From a bacterium (GTDB lineage: Bacteria > Electryoneota > Electryoneia > Electryoneales > Electryoneaceae), in NCBI GenBank assembly GCA_963669175.1, contig OY769902.1, positions 2,624,001 through 2,688,000 on the forward strand: a stretch of DNA of 64,000 nt. Reading direction: 5' to 3'. The notes under the pieces were generated by a model. It was given only the letters and a program-made list of their open reading frames with translations, was not told the DNA's origin and ran no database searches. Both the position numbers and the translations under genes were made by a program. How positions within the stretch are numbered: the first letter of the stretch is position 1; each line of letters opens with the position of its first letter. Shown here piece after piece: positions 1 to 10,000 of the stretch.

Positions 1-612
1 ATCGGGCGGGTACACCCGATTTTCGTGCATATAGGTATGAACGGCACGGCTACCATCTGCAAGTTCCGGCGGGGTGAAAGAGTGACCGGGCGGCGGGGGG
101 AACAGCCCGTAGATGAACTTTTCAGGGAATAAAAGCTGCAACGCTTCATCGGAGGTCTGGGCTGTAACGGGGCCGTGGGTCTCGCCTTCCCAGGGATTAA
201 CCGCGTGCATTGATACCTGATCGTCGTTCCATTCGGTCAAGACAACCCAGTCTGCATCCAGTTGTTCTCCCCAAGCGATGCCAATGTCGATAGCCCAAAG
301 GTCTGTACGCAGCGTGTCGCCTTCCCATGTCGCTACGATTTGCTCAATGGGGATAGCTTCCGCCTGTTCGAGGGCGTTTTCGGCAAGATAAACCAGGTGA
401 TCCCAGCGTCCGTTCTGAAGGGGATACAGAGATTTCCCGCCATCGCCAGTTGGGGGAAACATGCAGATACGGTCATCCAGTGCGCGCGCCTGCCAGGCAA
501 AGCCGAACATCAGCAGGAACAGCAGAATGGACGTTTTCCAATCAAACCTGATCTGTACAGGCAGAGCACGGATCTTGGTTGCATCTCGCGTAAGCAGTCG
601 TTGTCCAGTCAT
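1..612 (-). CDS. Exported protein, runs off the window edge; probably a TonB-C-terminal (energy transducer TonB-like) domain protein
   Basis: Manual translation from the ATG at 612 (MTGQRLL...SILLFLLMFGFAWQARA...) stays open to position 1. It has a signal-like hydrophobic stretch. The last residues FPPPPGHSFTPPELADGSRAVHTYMHENRVYPPD resemble the Pro-rich entry into a TonB_C domain. Not in the ORF track because it is truncated. Confidence 0.6.
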   Translation of the reverse strand, partial: MTGQRLLTRDATKIRALPVQIRFDWKTSILLFLLMFGFAWQARALDDRICMFPPTGDGGKSLYPLQNGRWDHLVYLAENALEQAEAIPIEQIVATWEGDTLRTDLWAIDIGIAWGEQLDADWVVLTEWNDDQVSMHAVNPWEGETHGPVTAQTSDEALQLLFPEKFIYGLFPPPPGHSFTPPELADGSRAVHTYMHENRVYPPD

Positions 613-618
613 AGCGGC

Positions 619-1398
619 TCAGTTTTGCCAGTAAGGATCACGTTTATCCAGGAAGGAACCCATGCCTTCCTGGCCCTCTTCACTGACACGAAGATCAGCG
701 ATCAACTGAGCAGTGTACTCTTTAACAGAGTCGATGGTTTCCTCGCCGACCTTGCGGATCAGTTGTTTGCAACGATTCAAGGCAACCGGGCCACATTGCG
801 CAACGGCTGTGGAATAACTACGGACAACATTCTCGAAGTCACCGGGAACGGTAACCCGGTGAATCAGGCCATATTCACAGGCTTTGTCAGCGTTGAAACG
901 ATCACCGGTGAGCATCAGTTCACGAGTTCTGCTTTCACCCAATTTCCGGATACAATAGGGGCTTATCACGGCAGGCGCCAGGCCCAGGCGTACTTCCGAA
1001 AACATGAAAAACGCGCCCTGCTTGGCGACAGCAATATCACAAGCAGCGACCAAGCCAACACCGCCACCGACTGTCGGACCATGGACTCGAGCAATCACAG
1101 GTTTGGGATGGGTGTAGATCAAGTCGAGTAACCCGGCCAACTTCATCGCGTCCTTGTAATTCTCTTCCTTGGAGTATTCCTTCATCTCGCTCATGTACTC
1201 CAGGTCGGCCCCGGCGCTGAAAGCAGGGCCTTCGCCGGTCAGTACGATGGAACGGCAGGAATGATCCAGCAACGCTTTAAAGGCGGCGGTTAAATCCTCG
1301 ACCATCTGGCTGTTAAAAGCATTTCGTTTTTCCGGCCTGTTCATCTTCACAATGGCCGTGTGATCCATGATATGCAGATCTACCGTTTCGAGATCCAT
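619..1398 (-). CDS. liuC: Enoyl-CoA hydratase family, probably methylglutaconyl-CoA hydratase (LiuC-like)
   Basis: Crotonase motifs NRPEKRNAF, FSAGADL, GGGVGLVAACDI, SEVRLGLAPAVISPY, EGQEGMGSFLDKRDP. Lies near the MCC carboxyltransferase. Start moved to the ATG at 1398. Confidence 0.75.
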   Translation of the reverse strand: MDLETVDLHIMDHTAIVKMNRPEKRNAFNSQMVEDLTAAFKALLDHSCRSIVLTGEGPAFSAGADLEYMSEMKEYSKEENYKDAMKLAGLLDLIYTHPKPVIARVHGPTVGGGVGLVAACDIAVAKQGAFFMFSEVRLGLAPAVISPYCIRKLGESRTRELMLTGDRFNADKACEYGLIHRVTVPGDFENVVRSYSTAVAQCGPVALNRCKQLIRKVGEETIDSVKEYTAQLIADLRVSEEGQEGMGSFLDKRDPYWQN

Positions 1399-1445
1399 GA
1401 ACCAATCGCTCCCTGTGAGATTGCCGCGTGATGACCGAGGCAATC

Positions 1446-2207
1446 CTATTCAGTTATGTTTTTCGGGTTAAAGGTTGGTAATGCTACCACCATGCGCAAG
1501 CTGTAGACTAATCCACCGTTGTCGAACCGGGTCTCGTCAATCCCGCCGACCGTATCCCAGAAACTGGTCTCAGTCGTATTCAAAGCGCCTTCCAGACCTT
1601 GAGAATATTGTGACTGCCAGTTGGGATTATCGTTAAAACGAGCTTCGCCGATGGGGTATTCTATGTCAATACCAAGGCTGAAACTACCCAATACCTTGTA
1701 CTGAATGCCAACGAAAGGACCAATGAAGAACCCGTCACCTTTGAAACGATCGAAGATTCCAGGATAACCTCGATCAACAGTCACATTCAGCAGGCCGAAG
1801 CCGACACCGACCGGGAAACGGAAATTTTTGAAGCTTGCTTCGCCGAAAATTCGCGCCTGCAATTCCGTGGTGGTTATTTCGAAAACACGGTAAGTGTCAT
1901 CGACATAGGTGCCCTCGGTATCCGAACCGAAACGCATCATGACTTCAGCGCCAATCGGACCACGTTTCAATCCGAAGCCGCCACCATACCGAAAGTACGG
2001 AGTAGCGAAGACCTGTCCGAAGGCATCTTCGGCAGGATTCTGCGCCCCGGTTGTCAGGTAGATATACGGCTCGTACTTTGACTTCGGCATCTCATCAGAA
2101 CCTACCGAAGAAGATCCACTCCATGAACTCGCCCATAGGGTCGTGGAAGCCCCGAACAACATAGCGAGGATGGCGACAAGGCTGCACACCCGTTTACACA
2201 GTCTCAT
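1446..2207 (-). CDS. Secreted protein, likely a small outer-membrane beta-barrel
   Basis: AAGGAG RBS before the ATG at 2207; signal peptide (SLVAILAMLFGASTTLWA); alternating Gly/aromatic beta-strand pattern. Confidence 0.55.
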   Translation of the reverse strand: MRLCKRVCSLVAILAMLFGASTTLWASSWSGSSSVGSDEMPKSKYEPYIYLTTGAQNPAEDAFGQVFATPYFRYGGGFGLKRGPIGAEVMMRFGSDTEGTYVDDTYRVFEITTTELQARIFGEASFKNFRFPVGVGFGLLNVTVDRGYPGIFDRFKGDGFFIGPFVGIQYKVLGSFSLGIDIEYPIGEARFNDNPNWQSQYSQGLEGALNTTETSFWDTVGGIDETRFDNGGLVYSLRMVVALPTFNPKNITE

Positions 2208-2444
2208 GACGTCGCTCCTTTGAAAACCCCGGCTCACACCTGCTCTGAATATAGGACTTTTTTCCTCAGCTTTCAGCTCCCGGATAAAAGTCCCGTATTT
2301 ATTGCACCAATTAACCGTGAATGCAGTTCCTCGGCATAAATAGCATCGCTTGAAAATATGTAACATTCTGTCATATCCAGCGCAGCATGCTGTCTCAGAA
2401 TAGAAAACACTCTCATCCCAGCGAAGCAGACTGTCTCAGGATCA

Positions 2445-2610
2445 CTGATGCTCTCATCCCAGCGAAGGCTGGGATCCAGGCAAGTATCGACAAAAAAACA
2501 AGTTGGATACAGAGACGACTTTCAATGGACTGCACTTCTCGAGAATACGTAACCTCTTGTAATATCGCAATATGACTAGATCCCAGCCTTCGCTGGGATG
2601 AGAGCATCAG
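2445..2610. repeat. REP/dRS3-like inverted-repeat element (two 35-bp arms, each with an internal ATCCCAGC-GAAG-GCTGGGAT hairpin)
   Basis: 2445-2479 CTGATGCTCTCATCCCAGCGAAGGCTGGGATCCAG is the reverse complement of 2576-2610 with one mismatch. A partial third copy lies at ~2410-2427. Confidence 0.85.
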
Positions 2611-2763
2611 AGATTCTTCGACACCTTGGCCGACGGGGACTTGTGCGCCGAGGCGTATCTACTCCATAGGCCGCACTATCCAAAGATCGTAAAAAATGGG
2701 TCATTAGCTTTACAAAATCAAGTATATAATAAATCATGTGACATTGTTATTAAAACTGATAAT

Positions 2764-2792
2764 AAAAAACGCCCCATCGGTGATGAGGCGTT
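2764..2792 (-). terminator. Rho-independent terminator after the carboxyltransferase gene
   Basis: AACGCCCCATC-GGT-GATGAGGCGTT hairpin followed by a T-run on the minus strand. Confidence 0.65.
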
Positions 2793-2817
2793 GATATAGT
2801 ATTCGTATAACGGGCAA

Positions 2818-4428
2818 TCACATCCTGAAGATACCCATCTCCATCTCCGGGATCGTCTGGTTCAAAGATGTTTCAATACCCAGCGACAGGGCGGTACGGG
2901 TGTCACGCATGGTGATGATGCCATCATCCCACAAACGTGCTGTCGCGTAGAAGGGATGCCCTTCTTCTTCGTACTTGTCGAGAGTCGGCTGACGGAAAGC
3001 TGCCACTTCTTCTTCCGTCATCTTCGGCTTGCCCTGGGCTTCGAGCTGATCCTGCTTTACCTGCGCCAGCACATCTGCCGCCTGTTCGCCGCCCATGACA
3101 CTGATGCGTGAGTTCGGCCACATCCACATCATACGCGGGAAGTAACCACGTCCGCACATGGCGTAGTTTCCCGCGCCATAACTGCCGCCGATTACCACGG
3201 TGAACTTGGGTACATCCGCATTCGCGACTGCATGCACCATCTTGGCGCCGTCAGAAGCGATTGCGCCATGCTCGTAGTCGATGCCGACGATGAACCCTGT
3301 AATATTCTGGAGGAATAACAGCGGAATCTTGCGTTTTGCACACAGCGTCACAAAATGAGCGCCCTTCTTGCTACTCTCGCTGAACAGGACACCGTTGTTG
3401 CCCACGATTCCGACCGGATAACCCATCAGCTTGGCAAACCCGGTGACCAGGGTGGTGCCGTAACGGGCTTTAAACTCATGGAATCGGCTGCCATCGACCA
3501 GGCGCGCGATTACTTCACGAACGTCATATGGTTTCCGCAGGTCACGAGGAATCACGCCATAAAGCTCTTCCGGATCGTAATAAGGATCTTCCGGGACAGT
3601 ACGCTCCAGATCAAACTTGGGACGTGGGCCGAGATTTTCAAGAATATTCCGTGTAATCCTAAGCGCCTGTTCATCATTTTCGGCGAAGTGGTCGGATACA
3701 CCGGAAATACGAGTATGGACATCAGCGCCGCCCAGCTCTTCCGGGGTGCAGACCACACCGGTCGCTGCTTTAACTAATGGTGGCCCACCGATGAAAATGG
3801 TCCCCTGTTCCTTCACGATGATGGTTTCATCGCTCATGGCAGGCACATACGCACCGCCAGCCGTGCAGGAACCCATGACACAACTGATCTGGGGAATGCC
3901 CATCCGGCTGAGACGGGCCTGGTTATAGAAAATGCGTCCGAAGTGATCCTGGTCCGGGAATGTGCCCGCCTGTTCCGGCAGGAAGATGCCGCCCGAGTCC
4001 ACCAGGTATACGCAGGGCAGGTTGTTTTCCATGGCGATCTGCTGCGCACGGACATGCTTGCGAATGGTCATGGGGAAGTAGGTGCCACCCTTAACCGTCG
4101 CATCATTGGCAATGATCAGCGTTTCCTGGCCATGAACGACACCCACGCCGGTAATAATCCCCGCGGCAGGCGCTTCATTCTTGTACATGCCATAAGCGGC
4201 CAGTGTACTGAATTCCAGGAACGGAGAATCCGGATCAATAAGCGCGTCAATTCGTTCTCGTGCCGTCAGCTTGCCACGGTCCTTATGCCGTTGCACATAC
4301 TTCGGCGGGCCGCCCTGCTGAATTTTGTCCATTAATTCCAGGTAGTCTTTTTCCAGACGTTTGTGGTGCTCAACATTCTGTTGAAAGTCCGGATCTGCTG
4401 TGCGGATCATCGTCGGGATGCGAAACAA
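2818..4428 (-). CDS. liuB: 3-methylcrotonyl-CoA carboxylase beta (carboxyltransferase) subunit
   Basis: [64 protein letters not shown]-terminal GIFRM. Confidence 0.9.
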   Translation of the reverse strand: MFRIPTMIRTADPDFQQNVEHHKRLEKDYLELMDKIQQGGPPKYVQRHKDRGKLTARERIDALIDPDSPFLEFSTLAAYGMYKNEAPAAGIITGVGVVHGQETLIIANDATVKGGTYFPMTIRKHVRAQQIAMENNLPCVYLVDSGGIFLPEQAGTFPDQDHFGRIFYNQARLSRMGIPQISCVMGSCTAGGAYVPAMSDETIIVKEQGTIFIGGPPLVKAATGVVCTPEELGGADVHTRISGVSDHFAENDEQALRITRNILENLGPRPKFDLERTVPEDPYYDPEELYGVIPRDLRKPYDVREVIARLVDGSRFHEFKARYGTTLVTGFAKLMGYPVGIVGNNGVLFSESSKKGAHFVTLCAKRKIPLLFLQNITGFIVGIDYEHGAIASDGAKMVHAVANADVPKFTVVIGGSYGAGNYAMCGRGYFPRMMWMWPNSRISVMGGEQAADVLAQVKQDQLEAQGKPKMTEEEVAAFRQPTLDKYEEEGHPFYATARLWDDGIITMRDTRTALSLGIETSLNQTIPEMEMGIFRM

Positions 4429-4682
4429 GATGCCCTCCCTTGCTGGTGGTAGCGTAAGTAGCGTTTAAGACCAGTGTAGCTGAAAAGGTTTTCCAATATA
4501 GCTCTCAAGAACCGGGAACAAAAGGGAAGCGCTTGGGACATCTGAAACCATTCCTGAAATGCCGGGCTCCAGAGTAGTAGTATACCCAGCAGTCCACATG
4601 GAACCTGTCAGCATCAAATTCATAAAACGAATAGTTAAACAACCCTAACATGTAAACAAAGCTAACAAGAAGGGAGTTGGGC

Positions 4683-5270
4683 ATGCGTAGCCTGATAGCA
4701 GTATTAAGCGCCGGATTGGCGCTGTTCGTAACGGGTTTGGCTTCGGCATCAACCTGGACGATTGATCAGTCTCATTCATCGGTGGGTTTCAAGATCAAGC
4801 ATTTGATGATTTCGAATGTGTACGGTGAATTCAAGGATGTTGAAGGAAGCATTCATTACGATTCTGCCAAACCTGAGAAATCGAAGGTTGACGTCACCAT
4901 TCAGATGACCTCGATTGATACCCAGAACGAGCAGCGTGATGAGCATCTTCGTGGTACTGATTTTTTTGATGTCGCCACCTATCCGACCATGACCTATAAG
5001 TCCAAGCGAGTTGAAAAGGTTGATGGTGGGCTGAAGGTCTATGGCGAGCTGACCATGCATGGTGTGACAAAGGAAGTTGTGCTGGATGTAGAGGGGCCGA
5101 CAGATCCGATGAGTTTCATGGGCAGCACTCGTATCGGTGCGACCGCGCACACCACGCTGGACCGTCGTGACTTCGGACTGACCTGGAGCAAAGCGATGGA
5201 GACCGGTGGCCTTGTCGTAGGCAACGAGGTCAAGATTATCATTGAGCTGGAGCTGGTTAAGGCGGAATAG
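4683..5270 (+). CDS. yceI: YceI family periplasmic polyisoprenoid-binding protein
   Basis: Signal peptide, WTIDQSHSSVGF, SIDTQNEQRDEHLR, GELTMHGVTK, DRRDFGLTW. Confidence 0.9.
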   Translation: MRSLIAVLSAGLALFVTGLASASTWTIDQSHSSVGFKIKHLMISNVYGEFKDVEGSIHYDSAKPEKSKVDVTIQMTSIDTQNEQRDEHLRGTDFFDVATYPTMTYKSKRVEKVDGGLKVYGELTMHGVTKEVVLDVEGPTDPMSFMGSTRIGATAHTTLDRRDFGLTWSKAMETGGLVVGNEVKIIIELELVKAE

Positions 5271-5293
5271 CACCCGGGTAAGAAAACACAACT

Positions 5294-5318
5294 TTTCAAC
5301 CTCGAAGCGGGTTGTATA
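5294..5318. repeat. Solo copy of the terminal hairpin of the RAYT-flanking REP family
   Basis: TTTCAACCTCGAAGCGGGTTGTATA matches the reverse complement of 47226-47250 at 23/25 positions. Confidence 0.65.
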
Positions 5319-5344
5319 AAGGTGAATATCCAGCGCACCGACGA

Positions 5345-5388
5345 AACAAACCGGGGAGGATCCCAAAAGGATTGTCCCCGGTTTGTTA
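5345..5388. terminator. Hairpin between convergent yceI and phzF-like genes (likely bidirectional terminator)
   Basis: AACAAACCGGGGA...TCCCCGGTTTGTT inverted repeat. Confidence 0.6.
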
Positions 5389-5412
5389 CTTTAATAAAGT
5401 CTTGTTTGAGCA

Positions 5413-6198
5413 TTATACCCTGATCTTTCCCGTCATATAAGTAACGGCGTACCCGGCGATTTCAACCCGTCGATCCTGCAATTCGCAGAACAATTCACCG
5501 CCACGTTTTGAAATCTGCGTTGCGCGCAGCTTGTTTTTCCCCAACCGTTTTGCCCAGTAGGGAATCAGGGTGCAATGCGCTGATCCGGTCACGGGATCTT
5601 CCGGGATGCCCAGCTTGGGCACAAACACCCGTGAAACAAAATCGGCATCCTTACCCGGTGCTGTAGCGATCAGGGCGTTGCCAGGAATCTCAAGCATGGG
5701 AGGAAACTCTGGTGATAACGCAGCGATTTCCTGTTCAGAAGAGAAGACTGCCATGGTATCCAGCGTTTCCCAGGCTTCGACAGCTTCGCACTGCAGAGCA
5801 TCCTTAATCGCTTGAGATATAGGTTTCTTTTTTGCCGGGTATGCCGGGAAGTTCATGGCGTACATATCCTCACGGCGAGTAACCGGGAGCTCACCTTTGT
5901 GACGTGTGAAGAAACGAATCATTGAGTCCTTGTGTCCCAGGTGCCGGAACAGGACATGGGCTGCGGCCAGGGTGGCATGACCACAAAGCTCAATTTCGCT
6001 GGTGGGTGTGAACCAGCACAGTTCATATCCCTTTTCCACAGGTACAAAAAAGGCAGTCTCGGACAGGTTGTTTTCGTTAGCGATGGCTTGCATGATGTCG
6101 TCCGGAAGCCATGAAGCCAACGGGACAACCGCTGCTGGATTGCCTGAAAAGATGCTGTCGGTGAAAGCGTCTACCTGGTACATCGCAAGTCGGGTCAT
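5413..6198 (-). CDS. PhzF family isomerase/epimerase
   Basis: QVDAF, GNPAAV, NLSETAF, EIELCGHATLAA, EDPVTGSAHC, SKRGGEL. Confidence 0.9.
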   Translation of the reverse strand: MTRLAMYQVDAFTDSIFSGNPAAVVPLASWLPDDIMQAIANENNLSETAFFVPVEKGYELCWFTPTSEIELCGHATLAAAHVLFRHLGHKDSMIRFFTRHKGELPVTRREDMYAMNFPAYPAKKKPISQAIKDALQCEAVEAWETLDTMAVFSSEQEIAALSPEFPPMLEIPGNALIATAPGKDADFVSRVFVPKLGIPEDPVTGSAHCTLIPYWAKRLGKNKLRATQISKRGGELFCELQDRRVEIAGYAVTYMTGKIRV

Positions 6199-6346
6199 GA
6201 AAACCTCTATGAGTCAAATGCTGTATAGCGTTTCAAAGTATCACCAGTACGATACAGGAAAAGAACAGTTTATGCAAACAGATTGGTGTGAACAGGCAGG
6301 CAGATTTTTTATTGGATTCCCGAAAGTTTTGCTGATTCGAAAGTAT

Positions 6347-6552
6347 TTAGCCTGCTTCAGCAGGCTCCTCTTAGCACCCGGCTTTAGCCGGGTGGATGGA
6401 GATAACAAAAGCTATGAGCGCGCTTTAGCGTGCTTCAGCGTAAAAGAATCAATATGAATCAGGAAAGCACCCTGAAGGGCGCTCGAACCTTTGTGGTCCT
6501 TGATCCCCCGGCTAAAGCCGGGGGCTAAGAGGAGCAGGCTAAAGCCTGCTAA
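6347..6552. mobile_element. ~206-bp MITE/REPIN-like palindromic element with six stem-loops (copy 1)
   Basis: Hairpins AGCCTGC-TTCA-GCAGGCT, ACCCGGC-TTTA-GCCGGGT, AGCGCGC-TTTA-GCGTGCT, AGCACCC-TGAA-GGGCGCT, CCCCGGC-TAAA-GCCGGGG, AGCAGGC-TAAA-GCCTGCT. An inverted second copy lies at 31414-31618. Confidence 0.85.
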
Positions 6553-6695
6553 CACAAGTAAATGTATTTTCAAAAGAGTGTAATCAGGGAGAAACAGACC
6601 CTATACGAAGCAAATGATCAGTATCAGACATATGCTAACGCCAACCTGAAACAGTAAAGACTTTCGGGAACGACTCTACTAATAAAAAAAGGTTC

Positions 6696-7018
6696 CTCAC
6701 AAGAATTTGTGCATCCGGGCGATGTTGTGGCAGGTCTTGACGCGACATTTCGTCTTCGACTTTTGCTGTGTTTTCTAGAATGCACAATGAGACTGAAACC
6801 ACCTCGCGCCCTGTTATTGTCGCGTTGTGACCTGCCACCTGATTCAACATTCTCGCTGTCGTCAGGTCACAACGTGATGCCTGATGACGATCCATCAAGC
6901 GAAATAGCATGTGTGAAGTCGGACAGGTGTCTGAAATTGCGGAGAAGAACGCGAAAACGGCATCACGTCAAGACCTGACGAAACGTACTCGTAGATAATA
7001 CACACAAATTCCTGTGAG
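6696..7018. repeat. Composite palindromic element: 16-bp outer inverted repeat enclosing four copies (+,-,+,-) of a CAGGTC(TTG/ACA)ACGYGA motif
   Basis: Outer IR 6696-6711/7003-7018 (15/16). Motif copies at 6727-6747, 6818-6838, 6859-6881 and 6959-6981. Confidence 0.8.
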
Positions 7019-7023
7019 CAGCC

Positions 7024-7048
7024 AAAAAAAAAGGGGCCGGTGGCCCCT
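7024..7048 (-). terminator. Rho-independent terminator of the giant gene
   Basis: AGGGGCC-ACC-GGCCCCT followed by a run of T on the minus strand, 20 nt after the stop codon. Confidence 0.8.
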
Positions 7049-7068
7049 GTAATCACACATTTCAATGT

Positions 7069-10000
7069 TTACGGCGCGTAAATGATCCGCCTTACCTTCC
7101 CGCCGCCGTGTGGTGCGTTCATCCTCAGGAAATACATGCCCGCTGCGAGGTTGGTCGCCTCCCAACTGATCTGGTGGTACCCCTGACGATATTCCCGTTC
7201 AGGAATGGATGTCACCTTCTGGCCCAGCGTGTTGTAAATATCAAAGCTGACACGTCCGGCGTTCGGCAGCGCGACCACAATCATCAGGCGAGCGTTGAAC
7301 GGATTCGGGTATGTGGCGGCAACCGTGTACTCTGTCGGTATTTCATTGTCGCCCCAGGGCGATTCCTGTTGCGGACCGTCAAGGAATACTGTCCAGCCAT
7401 TGAAGGATCGTACGGTATCACCACCGGAAATGGCATCCACGTACCAGTTGATTTCAAGATGACCGGTCCAGGAGGTAAGCCCCAGGCTGTCCACGATATC
7501 GATCAACTGGGCGTGTTCTTCCAGTTCACGGAAAGTGACAGAGGTATCAATCGCGCCTTGCAGATACAGATCCAGCGTGATGCTGTAGCGCAGCAATTCT
7601 GCCTCTTCCGGGTCAGGATCGACGGATTGCTGCCAGGCAAAACGCATTTCGTGGGGAATGGTCCAGGGTACTATTGCGCTGTCCGCAGGTTCGAGCAGGG
7701 CAAATGACGTCGGCGGATTCGGGAATGAAGTCGCTACTGTCCAGACCTGGTTGGAACGTGATTCACGATTGATCGTATCACGTGCCTTCACCCGCCACCA
7801 GTAGCTGACGTCATCATCCAGATCGGTCACGGTATAGCTCAAGGCGCTGCCAACTGTGTAGCGTTGCGCATTGACAAAGCTGCTGCTGGTCGAAAGCTCC
7901 AGGATGTAGGTGATGGAATCCGCGTTGGATTCATCGTGTCCCGCGCCCCATTCAAAGGTGATCTCATCCGTTGTTGAAACCATACCGAACGGGGGACTGA
8001 TCAAATCAAACGGCTCGGGTGGTTGCAGGATGAACAGGTCAAAAGTCCAACCCTCTTCAGGTGTACACCAGGTGCCATCCGAGTTGCTGTCGTACGCTTT
8101 TACACGCCAGTATACCGTAGCGCTGGCATCACCTTCATTCAATTCACCGCTGACAGAAGCAACCTTGACGGTGCCGGTTTCCTGTACCAGTGCAACCTGC
8201 GATAGCGATGGTTGCTGCTTTTTCTTCGCGCTGCTCTGTTTTGCGCTCTGTTTCCTAGGCTGCAGGGAGACAATTTCTTCAACGGGACTTACACCGAGAA
8301 GCTGTCCGCCATCGTTATTCTCGAGAAGTCGTTCAAAGAAGGGGAAATCATCCGGAATTGTGACAGAAGTATCTGACAGTGCGTAGATGGAATCCGCGTC
8401 ATAGAAATCAGGATTGTCAGCAAAATACAACGTGTACGTAATGTCATCGCCTGGATCAGGATCCGTTGTCGCAAACCAGGTGATTGTTGGCGTGAGTTCG
8501 TACAACAATGCGCCACTGTCCGGTGCGGCAAGGTTGAATGTCAGGGGCGGATTCGGCAAACGCATGAAGAAACGCCATGTCTGGGATGCCATCCTGCCTT
8601 CGCTGTTGGAATCCACAGCGCGGACAGTCCAGTAATAGCGGACATCATCCTCACCACCGAACCAGGTATAGTTTGTTGAACGCAGACCGGAAGCAACCGG
8701 ATTACCCATGCTGTCCGGATCTTCCGAAATATAGATTTCGTATGTAACCGGGTCGTTCGGATCAGGATCTTCAGTCTGTTCCCAACGGAAGACCACGCTT
8801 TCGGTGTTAATCTCACGGTTATGCGACGGGAGGAGCAGGTTAAACGGTTCCGGCGGCTCGGGAATATCAATCACGAAGTTGATCAACGTGTTGTCCACCG
8901 GGTTCTGGTTCGAAAGACGACCGTTGCTGTTCTGATCCACCGCGCGCACATACCAGTACACCGTCACATCATCAACAAAACTGTCCAGCTCATTGGTCAA
9001 GCTACCCGTCTGCTGAACTGTGCTGGAACCGAAGCCGGAAAGACTGGTCGAGTATGTCTGCGATCTTGTAGAACTGCCTGTGCTTGCCAGCCCTGTGTAC
9101 TGTTTCTTTCCGCTTCCCGCTGTATTACCTGCACGGAAACTCACCTGATCCAGGTCCGTAATCCCGGTGTTGGATTGCGAGCCGTTGTTCCCGGTATTCA
9201 GCATGGTGCTGGTGAAGGTGAATGTCGTGTCATCAAGGTTTGCGATGGAATCCGGCAACAGGAAAGTGGGATCATTTACCGACCATACCAGCGTGTAAGT
9301 AACCCAATCATAGGGATCAGGATCAATCGTCGATTCCCATACGACAGTCGGCGAATGAGTTTCCAGCCGTTCGCTGCTGTCCGGGCTCAACAGTGAGAAG
9401 GGAAGTGGCGGTTCATGCTTGTTGATGAACATGGTAAACGTGTTCGAGGACCATGTCCCCTGGGTGTTTGTGTCACGAGCGTAAACCCGCCAGGTGATTT
9501 CCGCATCATCCGCAGGAAGTGTCCAGTCGAAACTGTTCGTATCCAGCTCGGAGGCGATCAGGCCGCCATGTCCACCATCAATCTCCATATAGACATCATA
9601 GGTGACCTGGTTGTCCGGGTCAGGATCAGGCGCTTCTTCCCAGCGCAGGTTTACGACAGACGTATGAATCTCAACCGAATCCGCCGGTTGCAGCAGGCTG
9701 AAGTCTGCCGGGGGCTCGGGGAAGTACGTGCTGAATGTTAATGTGTCGTTGGCCCAGATGCCTGGCGTGTTGCTGTCCTGAGCATACACAGTCCACTGGT
9801 AGATACGGTCATCTTGCAGCGAATCAAGGATACAGGTTGTGTCTGTCAGTCCTGTAGCGATGACTGCGAAGGCCGTATCCAGATCTGTTTTCACCAGCAG
9901 GTCATAGGCTACCTCGTTGTCCGGATCAGGATCGAATGAGGCTTCCCAGGTCAACTGAACCGTGTCAACCCATACTGTATCCATGTCCAGCGGACTTAGC

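Noticed and set aside
262-1131. Long antisense ORFs (also 37303-38478, 50478-51377, 52238-53284, 46281-47036)
   Set aside because: Shadows opposite well-supported conserved genes.
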